Shown here one piece after another: positions 12,988 to 43,989 of a stretch of DNA of 64,000 nucleotides. The position numbers and the translations under genes were made by a program. Within the stretch, counting starts at the first letter, position 1, and each line of letters begins with the position of its first letter. Under the pieces are notes generated by a model. That model had not been told where the DNA came from and did not search any database. It saw nothing but the letters and a program-made list of their open reading frames with translations. The stretch comes from the human T2T-CHM13v2.0 reference genome, Homo sapiens, in the NCBI RefSeq assembly GCF_009914755.1, contig NC_060941.1; one strand, given 5' to 3'.

Positions 12988-13768
12988 TTAATTGCTATCC
13001 ACTACTATTACTTTTGGAAAAAAATAAGGGGGAGACAGGTTAGCAATTTCTAAGCCTTCCATTAGGTTTAATCTTACAATTAGATGACATCATGTTTTTT
13101 GCTGTTTTTGTTTGTTTCTTTGGCCTATGATCATCCTTCCTATACTTATAAATAATCTTTACTTCAGGGCTATCCAATAAAGAAGGACTATTAAAAAAGC
13201 GTATATATATATATATATACATATATACACATATACATATGATATACTCATCATCTGCTAACTACTCTCTATGCAAATTGTAGCTTTCTAAAATGAATGC
13301 TTCCTTGACTCTGAAGAATACAAGCTTCTACCCCAAAAAAGTTCACAAGTCCCTTTGTTGCCACAATCTTCACATTTCTGAAAACTTATTAAAAGGTAAT
13401 TTTAACAAAACATGTCAGTGAAATGATGAGTTAACACGTTACAGAAGAAAATATTAGCAGTCAAAAATATAAAAATAGGATACAATGATTTAAATTGTAC
13501 AAAAACTGGCCACTGGCCAGGGATGCTGGCTCACGACTGTAATCCCGGCACTTTGAGAGGCTGAGATAGGAGGATTCCTTGAGACCAAGAGTTAGAGACC
13601 ACCCTGGGCAACATAGGGAGATCTTTTTCTATAAAACATAAATAGACCAGGTGCACTGGCTCACACCTGTAATCCCAGAACTTTGGGAGGCAGCCAAGGC
13701 GGGCAGATCACTTGAGGCCAGGAGTTCAAGCCCAGCCTGATCAATGTGGCGAAAACCTGTCTCTACTA

Positions 13769-14200
<432 letters not shown>

Positions 14201-16157
14201 AGTATTTTTAAAACTGGCCATTACATATTTAACGACATGTAGAAAATTTAACAGGTCAATACAGTAAATTCTTTGCTATTTAGATATACAATAAAGATAT
14301 TCTAGTAAATTTTTTCCCAGTACTCACAAAATTTCATTTTTTTCTAAATTCCACAATGTTCTAGCCACATAGGAGTATTTCTTATTCTCTGAACATGCCT
14401 ACCTGCCACCTCTTCCCTTTGCACCTGCTACCCTAGGTTACGTCACTTTCTCTGTCTGGAATTTTTAGTTGATCATTTTCTGCAAAGGTCAAATGCCTAA
14501 TTATTCTGCAAAGCCCTAGAAGCTCTTTGTATGCCTTACTCAATTCCTGAGACAAGAATAATTTCTCATTATTTGCCCATAATACTCCATTCAGCCTTAT
14601 TATTATGTAACATATATTTTAATTTTCATACATTTATTGACTTGTCTTCCTACTTGAGGAAACCCCCTATTTTATTTATCCTTGAATTCCTGGTGTCTAA
14701 CACAACACTTGATACAAAGTAGGTCCATAGTAAATGCCCAGTAAATAAATGTTCCCAAACTTATCCTTTATTACCTACCATCCATTAAGGACTGATGTCT
14801 TCAAGCCCATTTTCCAATCATTCCTGTCATTTCAGAATTGCATGCCCCATTATTAGGCATAAAGAATTTATATGAACAAAACCTTATTAACTTTTTTTAT
14901 TTTTTTGAAACAGGGTTTCACTCTGTTACCTGGGCTGGAGTACAGTCACACAATCATAGCTCACTGCAGCCTTGACCTCCCAGGCTCAAGAGATCCTCCC
15001 ACCTCAGCCTCTCGAGTAGTTGGGAGGGACTACAGGCGAGCACCACCATGCCCGGCTAATTGTTTTTCTTTTTTGCAGAGGTGGGTTCTCAGAATGTTGC
15101 CCAGGCTGGTCTGGTACTCCTGGGCTCAAGCAATCCTCTCACTTCAACCTCCCAAAGTACTGAAATTATAGGTGTGAACCACCACACCCGGTCCATTAAC
15201 TTTCTTTCTTTTTTGTTTTGTGTTTCTTTGCTTGCTGTTCTTTTCTGAGACAGGGTCTTGCTCTGTTGCCCAGGTGGGGGTGCAGGGCACAGTCACGGTT
15301 CACTGCAGCCTTGACCTCTGGGCTCAAGGGACCCTCCCACCGCAGCCTCTTGAGTAGTTGGGACTACAGACACATGTGCCTCCCCACACCTGGCTAAATT
15401 TATTCTTTTTTGTAGAGACAGGGTCTTGCTTGTTGTCCAGACTGGATTCAAACTTCTGGGCTCAAGCGATACTCCTGCCTGGGCGTCCCAAAGTGCTAGG
15501 ACTATAGGCATGAGCCACTGAGCCTATTCTAACCCTAAGTAGAACAAAACAAATCATCAACAACAAAAATCCGACAAACATAAAGCAATCACATATAAGA
15601 AAAGCTGTAAAAAGGAAAGAAATAGAAAGAAGAAAAAAATAAACTTGATAAACAGATACACCACGCTTCTGGAAGGAAGGATTCAATATTGTAAAAATAT
15701 ATTCATCCCTAAAACAGTATTTCACTGTAACTCTAATATAGTCTAAATTGTGTGCTTATTAGTCCTAATGTTCATCTAGAAAAATAGATGACAATATTTG
15801 TCTTACCATATACTAAAATGTATATAAAGCTATAATAATTTAAAATAGTGTGGCACCAGGATAAAAATAGACACACCAATGGAACACATAAAAAGTCCAG
15901 AAACATACTCAAGTATTCAAGAATTTAGTAATGATTCAAACAAGATTTCAAATCACAATGGAAAACATAGATTATTCAGCAATAGTGTTGAAAAAGTTGA
16001 CTAACCAGGTGGGAGGGGAAAGTTGGGCACGTATCTTACCATATTCTAAAATTAATTCTAGGCTAATAAAATATTTATATCTAAATAATTCCTTCTTTGG
16101 TCTACCCTCGCTCCTTTTCTGCTTCAACACTTTAGTCTTAAAGCCATGAGATGGGGC

Positions 16158-16256
16158 TAGGCATGGTGGCTCATGCCTGTAATCCTAGCATAGGCATGGT
16201 GGCTCATGCCTGTAATCCTAGCATAGGCATGGTGGCTCATGCCTGTAATCCTAGCA
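16158..16256 (+). repeat. Perfect 33-bp x3 tandem repeat of an Alu 5' end
   Basis: TAGGCATGGTGGCTCATGCCTGTAATCCTAGCA at 16158, 16191 and 16224. Confidence 0.97.
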
Positions 16257-16779
16257 TTTTGGGAGGCCAGAGCAGGCAGTTCACTTGACTCAGGAGTTCA
16301 AGACCAGCCTGGGCAACATGATGAAATCTCAACTCTACAAATAATACAGAAAACTTAGCTGGGTGGGATGGGTGCACCTTGTAGTCCCATCTACTTAGAG
16401 GGCTAAAGTGGAAGGACTGCTTGAGCCCAAGAGGTCAAGGCTGTAGTGAGCCAAAACTGCACCACTGCACTCCAGCCTGGGTGACAAAATGAGACCCAAA
16501 AGCCATGAGGTGAGTTCAAGCATAGTAATTATCCATGAGGGGGTCATGGATATTGGAGGGGGCAGTACAATACTAGTATAAGAGCCTGAATAAGGCTGGC
16601 TTCCCTAAGGGGTTGGGGATAGGGGTGAGGACAATCTCAGAGCAAGGTGAAAAGATCAACAAAAGTTGAAGCAGTGAACTGAGGCTGAATATCAAATCCC
16701 AAGAGGGGTGAAAAGGACTGGCATGCAGGAAAGTAGCAGCAACCCTGAACTGGGTTGGAACAGCATCTGCCTTAGGTGG

Positions 16780-19360
<2,581 letters not shown>

Positions 19361-20215
19361 AGGTTTTTAAAAATGAACTTCCAAAGCACTAAAAAAAAAG
19401 TGCATTAATATAAAGATTTTCTTTGCACGGCATCAAAGGCAGAAACAATAAAGAGCATTTGCATAAATTACCTCAAAAATGTAAACTTGTGCATTAGAAA
19501 AAATTAACCTGCTAGAATCCCAATAACAAAAACTATGAAGACATAATAAAATTAAACACCAAACGTTAAACTATGGGAAAAAACACACACAGCAAATATA
19601 CGAGACAAAAGAATATGATCTCTAATATAAAACACTTTGTAAAAAAAATTATAATATTAAAATAAACAGATATGGAAGGTCAATTAACATACATGAATAA
19701 TCTTCAAAAAAAAACTTTAAAATAACCAACCTTACCAGTACTCAAAGAAACTCATTCAAACATTTTAATATTTTTTTTACTAGAAAGAATAGCAAAGATT
19801 TTTTTAAGGGTAACACAGTGTACCTAACAAAATATAGAGTTATGAGCAATCTCACATACAGCTAATACAGTGTAAGTTCTAGAGGACAATTTCACACAAT
19901 GTATTTCTTGAAGCTTCCAAAATGTTCACACACTTTTACACAGATGCTAGCAGTGTATACTAAATGCCAGACACCAAACTAGGCCCTTCAACCACAAAGG
20001 GTTGCTTAATTAAATTTGCAGTTTGTTGAATCTCATGATATTCTGTATTACAGACCAAGTATCTATTAAAAATACAGCAGAAACACAATTTATTGACACA
20101 CAAAAGATGCTGTGTAATTTTCAAAAGCAAACAAAAAATATAAGCAAAACGATTCAACTTTTTCGTAAGTATATACTATAAGCAAAAATACACAGAAAAA
20201 ACCCCGTCTCTACTA

Positions 20216-20464
<249 letters not shown>

Positions 20465-20956
20465 TTAAAATCTTAAAGCTGGCTGCAATTTCTTCCACAG
20501 TTGGAATGTGTACCTTCAATTAAGTGGTAAAACTGTATTTAAAGGCACATTGGGTAATGGTGAAACCTAAAATGCAGAGGAGAATAAAACAATAACATAC
20601 TAAATGAAGAAAAACATACAGGAAAAAAGCAAACATTAAGTTTTTTTTTTAAGGCCAACAATAAAAACCGTATCTTGGGGTACAAATAACTTGAGGGGGG
20701 GGACAAGTAACATTCTAATATAGGACTGTTTTTTAAAAAAGAATGTATGATACATTGTAATGAATATTATGCAAAATAATAATTAATTCAAATTTACCAG
20801 ACTCTTGATACCTGAAAGAGCAAAAGAGGTCAGTAATTCATAAAGGGCCAATCTGTAAGGATTAAAATATCCTGTAAATCGTAGAATACTAAATACCTAG
20901 GTTACTATGAAAGGTAACACAGTTTTGCTTGCTTTGTACTCCTGTGACCTTAGTAA

Positions 20957-21325
<369 letters not shown>

Positions 21326-21340
21326 TAATATCCACTGTAC

Positions 21341-21450
21341 CTTATTACAATGATCATGTGGAACAGACTGTAAAACAATTGGTTCCATTGTGGAAACACT
21401 GGCAAATTGTACCTCCGGAATATACAGAGCACACATCTCATGGGCCCAAC
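21341..21450 (-). pseudogene. Orphan 110-nt MLLT10 (AF10)-like exon encoding part of the PZP domain (Zn-knuckle end and linker)
   Basis: Reverse strand: TTTATTTTTAG|GTTGGGCCCAT...TGTAATAAG|GTACAG; phase 1 to 0; translates GWAHEMCALYIPEVQFASVSTMEPIVLQSVPHDHCNK versus recalled AF10 GWAHVVCALYIPEVQFANVSTMEPIVLQSVPHDRYNK. VSTM/QSVP are AF10-type rather than AF17 (VLTM/QYVP). Neighbouring MLLT10 exons not found. Confidence 0.88.
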
Positions 21451-21948
21451 CTAAAAATAAATAAATAAATGTCATCTTTTCAGTTTTATCAAAAGCAAAT
21501 TAACATCATTAACTTCCTTAACAGATCCCTACAATGTCTATTGAAACAAATGCACAACAAGGACATTAACAAATTCTCATTGCTGTCTTACTTCCATTGC
21601 TTGAGAATACTCAAACCACTACTAAAAAAAAGCATTCTTAATCATTTCCCCAGTTATGATGTACACAAGCATAAATAAAGGGAAACATTTATAAATTCAG
21701 TTCTTGGCACTAACACTTCTTATACAGGCAGACTAAATATTCAGATCAACACTACTAATGACAACCACTATAAAAGGAGGTTTTTAAAGTTTAATACTTA
21801 TGATAAAATTTAATTATCTTAATCTTTTTAAATGTCAACATGAAATTATTTTTATCTTGGTGTCAATATTTTTAATATTAGTAATAATCATTTCACTATT
21901 TTAATTGGACAAGTTTTAAATTTGGTATTAAATATATATATTTTATGA

Positions 21949-22053
<105 letters not shown>

Positions 22054-22088
22054 TGACTGAAGGTATTAAGGAGCTGATGTGATAGTGA

Positions 22089-22522
<434 letters not shown>

Positions 22523-22670
22523 TGACAAACTCAGAGGCCCCACAGTACAGGGATGTACATTCACAAACAACCAAGAGAAAAAGAGAACAAGTAAACCCCT
22601 CTCCTCCTTTCAGATGCAACACTGAATGGCAAACCAGGGGTGAGAATACACTAAAAGTACATAGACCCTC

Positions 22671-23010
<340 letters not shown>

Positions 23011-23449
23011 TCAAACTCTGAAATTTGATGAAGGTAATCCGAAATTACAACCCCCAAGGCACGAAGCAGATGCAAATATACATCCTCTCTAAAAGAAAAT
23101 AGTATCATTTTGGCTACAAATTATTTCTACCTTTTTTTTTTTTTTTTTTTTTTTGAGACAAAGCCTTGGTCTATGGCCCAGGCTGGACTGCACTGGCGTG
23201 ATCTCGGCTCACTGCAACTTCCTCCTTCCAGTTCAAGCAATTCTCCTGCCTCAGCCTCCCAAGTAGCTGGGATTACAGGTGCCCACCACCACACCTGGCT
23301 AATTTTTGTATTTTTAGTAGATATGAGGTTTCACTGTGTAGACCAGGCTGGTCTCGAACTCCTGACCTCAAGTGATCCACCAGTCTCAGCCTCCCAAAGT
23401 GGTGGGAATACAGACATGCGTCACCACACCCAGCCTAAAATTTCTTAAT

Positions 23450-28340
<4,891 letters not shown>

Positions 28341-28350
28341 TGGCTGGGCA

Positions 28351-28723
<373 letters not shown>

Positions 28724-29299
28724 CTACTCAGGAGGCTGAGACAGGAGAATCACTTGAATCCAGGAGGTAGAGGGTGCAGTGAGCTGAGATCATGCCATTG
28801 CACTCCAGCCTGGGTGACAGAGTGAGACTCTGTCTCAAAGACAAAAAACAAAACATATGAGACCAGCAGTTTGACTAGGTTAAAACATGGCATGAAAGTA
28901 CGTAATGATTAGGGAATCAAACAACTTCTGAAATGAAAATTATTATAACAAGGCTGGGTGCAGTGGCTCATGCCTGTAATCCTAGCACTTTCGGAGGCCA
29001 AGGCGGGTGGATCACTTGAGGCCAGGAGTTCAGGAGTAGCCTGGCCAACATGGTGAAACCCTGCCTCTACTAAAAATACAAAAATTAACCAGGTGTCGTG
29101 GCACAGGCCTGTAGTCCCAGCTACTCCGGAGGCTGAGGCACAAGAATTGCTTGAGCTGGGGACGGGGAGGTTGCAGTGAACTGAGATGAGGCCACTGCAC
29201 TCCTCCAGCCTGGGCAACGGAGCGAGACTCGGTCTCAAAATAATAATAATAACAATAATTTTTTAAAGTAACACCTGATTTTAGGAGAGGCAAAACATA

Positions 29300-29880
29300 A
29301 AAAAAGAAAATTATAATATTTGAAAGTAGAAAATCAATGGAAAGATTAAACAGATGAATAGTATGAAAGAATAATTTGTGACCTAGAAGATAGCCCCAAA
29401 GAAGTTACCCAGAATGCACAGAGACAAAGAAATAGAAAGCATGAAAGATCATGGGTCATGGCCGATAAAGCGCAAAGATCCAACGTATATCTGGAGTTCC
29501 AGAAGGAGGAAATAGAGAAAATGGGGCAGAGGCCATATTTGAAAGGTTATGACTGATAATTTTCAAGAATTAATGAGACCCAAATTCTTAAAGAAACTCA
29601 GTGAACTGCAATCCAGAAAAATAAAAAGAAATCCACATCAAGACACATCAGAGTGAAACTACAGAAAACTGAAGAGAACGATCCTAAAACAGCTAGAGAG
29701 AAATATATCTTACCTACAAAGAAACAAATGAAAATGACAGCAGATTTCTCAACACCAACGGAAGAAGCCAGAAGATAGCAGAGTAACACCCCTAACATCT
29801 GAAAGGAAAATCATTGTCAAACTGGAATTATATCCTAGCGAAACTATTTTTCAAAAGAGATCTTGAAACAATGATATGTT
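29300..29880 (+). mobile_element. Ancient L1/HAL1-type ORF1 remnant
   Basis: GGAGTTCCAGAAGGAGGAAATAGAGAAAATGGGG...CAGATTTCTCAACACCAAC...TATATCCTAGCGAAACTAT. Confidence 0.7.
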
Positions 29881-30514
29881 TTTCAATTATTGGATGATGG
29901 AAGATACCAGCAGCTAGGAGTTCACATACCCTTTAGGTAATTCTTGAGGTTTCTAATGAGAAATTCCGAAGAACTGGGGTCTGTAGAACTGGCAAACACT
30001 CATAGGCTGAGAACATAAAAACACTAAGGAAACAATGACTCTTAACCATAACCACCATCAACCCCACCTCAATTTTTAATCTCAGTAGCCCTTTGGTTAC
30101 ACTAGAGGTATATGGTTCAACTTTGCAGATCTTGGGAGAGAACATTTCTGCTCCATTTTCTCAGGACTACCGCCCCAAAAGGCTTTCCTAGGCCCCTCAG
30201 CTCCTAGGAGGAGTAGTTAATATGATTGGTCAGAGTCCAAGGCATTCCTTGGGCCTTATTTATTTCTCTTTTGTTCTCTTATAGAGGCCTCCTCTGCAGT
30301 CTGTATCATGTCAGTTTCAGGGAGAAGAGAGAAAACATCGAATATAACAGAGCTGCATGGGGGAGGTACTGGATTTCCATTCCTGTGTATACCTCTCTGT
30401 AGCTCCCTCGATCTGGAATGCCAAAGAGAAGAGGGCACCCAGGGACCTAAGCATTACTTGGTCCCTGGATCAATACCATAATAATAACCTCGGAACCTCA
30501 TCCATGTCTTCTAA

Positions 30515-30766
<252 letters not shown>

Positions 30767-31776
30767 TAGCTGAGATTACAGGTGTGCACCACCACACCCA
30801 GCTAATTTTTGTATTATTAGTAGAGATGGGGTTTCACCATCTTGGCCAGGCTGGTCTTGAACTCCTGGCCTCAGGTGATCCGCCCGCCTTGGCCTCCCAA
30901 ATTTCTGGGATTACAGGCATGAGCCACCATGCCCGGTCAATTAACTTACCTTCTCTAGATTCACTTTCCTTATCTCAAAATGGAAGAAAAATGTGGAATT
31001 CACAGGGAATTGAACACTAAATGTTTTGATGAAATCACTTAGCACTCCAAAGAGGCTAAATGTTTATTGTATTAGTATAGAAACAGAACAAATTGCAAAA
31101 ACAAAAAGTGGACCCAAATACACACTGAATTCATGATATGATAAAACTAGCATTCCAGATCAGTGGGAAAAAGATGGCTTATGCAATAAATGTAATGAGA
31201 CAACTGGTTAGACTTAAAAAAAAAAAAAAAAAACCCAGATCATTACTTTATGCCAAAATAAACTACATATGTATCAAAAATTGAAGACAAAATATGAAAC
31301 CACAAAAGTACTAAGGGAAACGTGGATGAATATTTTTCTAATCTTGGAGTGAAAAAGGCCTTTTAAAGCACGTGTTACCAAATTCAGAAGCTATAAGGAA
31401 AAAATTTTTTATAAATTTGGCTACATAAAAATTCAAGACTTAGACCTTTTTAAAAGACATAAAAATCACACCTTTAAATGAAGGAAAAACATTCTGTTTT
31501 TGAATAGGAAGAATTAATATCATAAAGGTGCCAATTCTTTTATTAACATATAAATGTAACATATGAATCCAAATTAGCATATAAGTGCAATTAGAATCAG
31601 AATACATCAATTTTTTTAAAAACTGGACAGTAATTTTAACATTCATATAGAAGAATAAATGAGATGGTCAAGAATATTTGGAAAGGAATACCAACAAAGG
31701 GGACCTGTCTTATCATATATTAAACTTAAAATGAGGCTATGGTAAATAAAACAGTATGATATTGGCACAGGAATAG

Positions 31777-32184
<408 letters not shown>

Positions 32185-32592
32185 TGACAACAAAGTGAGA
32201 CCCTGTGTCTATAAAAATTTTAAAAATTAGGCCGGGTGTGATGGCTCATGCCTGTAATTCCGGCATTTGGGGAGGCCAAGAGAGTAGATCACGGATCACT
32301 TGAGGCCCAGAAGTTTGAGACCAGCCTGAGCAGCAAGGCAAAACCCCATTTCTACAAAAAATAAAAACAAATAAGTTACCCGGGCGTGCTGGCATGTGCC
32401 TGTAGTCCCAGCTGCCCAGGAGGCTGAGGTGGGAGGATTGCTTGAGCCCAGAAGTTTAAGGCTGCAGTGAGTTATGATCATGCCTTTATACTTCCAGCCT
32501 GGGCAACAAAATGAGACTCCATCTCTATTTTTTAAAAAAAGAAAAACAGAAACCCAAAACTGATCAAACTACATGGCAATCTAATAAACAAC

Positions 32593-32963
32593 TGATATGG
32601 TTTGGCTGTGTCCCCACCCAAATCTCATCTTGAATTGTAGTTCCCATAATCCCCACATGTTGTGGGAGGGACCCAGGGGGAGGTAATTAAATTATGGGGG
32701 CAGTTACCCCCATGCTGTTCTAGTGATAGTGAGTGAGTTCTCACGAGATCTGATGGTTCTATAAGGGGCTTTTCCCCCTTTGTTCAGCACTTCTTCCTGC
32801 CACCAGGTGAAGAAGGATGTGTTTGCCTCCCCTTCCACTATGATTGTAAGTTTCTTGAGGCCTCCCCAGCCCTGTGCAACTGTGAGTTGATTAAACCTCT
32901 TTCGTTTATAAATTACCCAGTCCTGGGCAGCCCTTTATAGCAGCATGAGAACAGACTAATACA
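32593..32963 (+). mobile_element. THE1 (ERVL-MaLR) solo LTR
   Basis: TGATATGGTTTGGCTGTGTCCCCACCCAAATCTCATCTTGAATTGTAG...GAGAACAGACTAATACA. Confidence 0.93.
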
Positions 32964-33098
32964 AGGACCAAGATGACTTTTTATTTATTTATATTTTATT
33001 TTATTTATTTTATTATTTTATTAATTTATTTTTTACTTTATTTATTTTATGGTGCTAGCATAATTGAGTATACAACTAGAAGAAAATAAAGCTAGTTC

Positions 33099-34200
<1,102 letters not shown>

Positions 34201-35120
34201 GCAAATTTGGGGCAATCAGCCACTATGTCATATAATGTAAGATAATATAACTTGAAATGCATTAGATATCTAAGTATAAAATAATAAAAATAAAAGTGAG
34301 GAGGTGTGTATGAAGAGAACTCGATTAAGAGGAATCATAAAGTGACTATATGAAAGTTAAGTTTTTTCCATCGTGAAAGCGTAAATGAAATTAAGAAAAA
34401 AACAATAGATTGGGAAAATATTTGTAACACATACGAATGAAAGCCTGTAACATATAAATAGTTTCTACAAATTAATTAGAAAGAAATTAATGACAAATAG
34501 AAAAATGGACAAAGGCTACAAATAGGCAAATTGCAGAAGAGGAAATTCAAATAGTTAATAAACATATAAAAAGATACTGCTCAGCCTCATTCAGGAAAAA
34601 GCAAATTAAAACAAAAAAGAGATGCCACTCTTCAATAACTGGCAAAAATTATAAAGAGTAACCATATCTGCGCCAGGCACGGTGGCTCATGCCTGTAATC
34701 TCAGCACTTTGGGAGGCCAAGGGAGGCAGACAACTTTGAGCTCAGGAGTTCGAGACCAGCCTGGACAACATGGTGAACCCCATCTCTACAAGAATTACAA
34801 AAATGGGCTGGCCATGGTGGCTCATGCCTGTGGTCCCAGCTACTTGGGAGGCTGAGGCTGGAGGATCACTTGAGCCAGGAAGTGGATGTTGCAGTGAGCT
34901 GAGATCATGCCACTGCATTCCAGCCTGGGTAACAGAGCGAAAGAAACCCTGTCTCAAACAAACAAATAAAAAGAGTAATCATACCTTATACTGAAAGCAT
35001 AAACAAAGGACACTCATACATGCTGGTGGGAATATAAATTGCTACAGCCAATTTGGAAAATAACATTTGAGCTAGCAGTGTGTTTGGGAAATCTATCCTA
35101 CAGAAATAAAAGCATCAATA

Positions 35121-36135
<1,015 letters not shown>

Positions 36136-36224
36136 TTCCTGGGCTTACAGGCTTGAGCCACTGTGCCGGGCCATATTATGTAATTTTTAAAGCCAGTGTT
36201 ATTGTCCTCATCTGTTAGTTCAGA

Positions 36225-37878
<1,654 letters not shown>

Positions 37879-37929
37879 AGTCTAGGGAAGAGTCCATGAT
37901 ACATCGACATTACAGATGCAAACGTATGA

Positions 37930-38226
<297 letters not shown>

Positions 38227-38244
38227 TGAGCCACCGCGCCCGAC

Positions 38245-38760
38245 CTGATCAATCTCTTAAAGAGAATCCAGCTTTATTACTGCCAGTACATGACCAAACT
38301 GCTTCTATATTTGCCCTGGGAAAAATGGACAAAGGGAAATACTGTTAATTAATGAACAAAAACTTTGCAGAAAATTAGCCAGTGTTTAATTTTCCAAAAC
38401 TTCCCTCTGTTCAGTAGATACCAGCTACTGATGACTACATATACTAGGTAAAGTTTAAAATTAGGAAATGCTGATTTCTCACATTATGAATTTCTAAATC
38501 CTGTGAAGAAAAGCTTAAAGAGCTTCTGAATATACAGAAGTTCCATTTAAGGACTAGGTCCTCCTTGTAGATGCATCAAAATATTACAAATTCCAAACTG
38601 AGACTTAATTCTCAAATGTGTTTTACTTGTTCTAAAACAATCTGTCCACAAATATAAAAATATAAGTAATAAATTATTATTTTCCTACTGTGAGAATCTT
38701 TAGTGTGAAAAAGTATTCTATAAAAGAATTTTTTTAAAAATAAATTATATAATAAAAAAT
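38245..38760 (+). other. Non-repeat AT-rich segment resembling an mRNA 3' UTR end (ITSN2/GOLGA6-GOLGA8-like)
   Basis: GAAGAAAAGCTTAAAGAGCTTCTGAATATACAGAAGTTCCATTTAAGG...TTGTTCTAAAACAATCTGTCCACAAATATAAAA...AATAAA matches my recollection of the ITSN2-derived 3' UTR in GOLGA6/8 genes; not verified by search. Confidence 0.5.
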
Positions 38761-38929
38761 ATGTACAAAATGGGTTACAGAGGACAGTTTGTATACACAT
38801 AGATAAAGATATGGAAGGTAACAACATAACTGTTAACAGGCCAGGCACGGTGGCTCACGCCTATAATCCCAGCACTTTGGGAGGCAAGGTGGGTGGATTG
38901 CTTGAGGTCAGGAGTTTGAGACCAGCCTA

Positions 38930-39148
<219 letters not shown>

Positions 39149-39630
39149 TCACAGTAGTTACTACTGAAAAATGGGATTTAGGATGAACAAGATAATTTTA
39201 CATTTTTAAAAATTCCCTACTAATTTGAATATTTTTATAATAAACACGTATAACTTAAGAATAAAAGTAAAAAAAAAGAGATCATATTCAGATAGAGTCT
39301 GAGTTTTCATTAAACTGTTTAATACATGAGTTCAATATTTGTCTAAAAAAGCAATCTCTAAAATTATGCATCATAAGGTTGGATGCGGTGGCTCATGCCA
39401 TAATGAAGTGGGAGGGAGAGACATATAGGAGCAGAGCGTTTGTATATTATTGAAACTAAGTTGATATTATTCAAACTAGGTTGAACTAGCTACCGCGCCT
39501 GGCTGTGTTTCTCTATTTCTGCAAAAACCACTGTTGAGGACAGGCGGTGGCTCATGCCTGTAATCCCAATGCTTTGGGAGGTCGAGGCGGGTGGATCATC
39601 TGAGGTCAGGAGTTTGAGACCAGCCTGGCC

Positions 39631-43310
<3,680 letters not shown>

Positions 43311-43604
43311 AAGCTATTATTAATCTTATGATTTTTAAAATAAATGATTGTCTTAGATTTTTCTAAAATATCTATTTGTTTAAAAAAAAATGCAGGAATA
43401 CAAAATGGCAAGAAAACTGTACCAACACTTTGGGAGGCTGAGGTGAGAGGACTGCTTGAGGCCAGAGTTTGAGACCAGCCTGGGCAACATAGCAAGACCC
43501 TGTCTCTACAAAAAATTTAAAAATTAGCCAGGTATGGTGGCATGTACTAAGTCCCAGCTACTTTGGAGGCTGAAGTGGGAGGATCACTTGAGCCTGGGAG
43601 GTCA

Positions 43605-43745
<141 letters not shown>

Positions 43746-43989
43746 TCACCTGAAGTCAGGAGTTCGAGACCAGCCTGACCAATATGGTGAAATGCCATCT
43801 CTACTAAAAATACAAAAATTAGCTGGGCGTCATGGCGTGCACCTGTAGTCTCAGCTACTCCGGGGACTGAGAAGGGAGAATTCCTTGAATCCGGGAGGTG
43901 GAGGATGCAGTGAGCGGAGATCACACCACTGCACTCTAGCCAGGGTGACAGAGCAAGACTCCATCTCAAAAAAAAAAACAAAAACAAAA

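Noticed and set aside
16158-16256. CRISPR-like repeat array
   Set aside because: No spacers; Alu-derived tandem repeat in a eukaryotic genome.
21341-21450. Exon as MLLT6 (AF17, chr17) or as a processed pseudogene
   Set aside because: Diagnostic residues are AF10-type by recall, and splice sites with intronic flanks argue against retroposition.
30950-31016. Possible MIR-derived cryptic exon on - (AAG|GTAAGT donor)
   Set aside because: Acceptor is weak and the donor resembles the MIR consensus; no support without RNA data.
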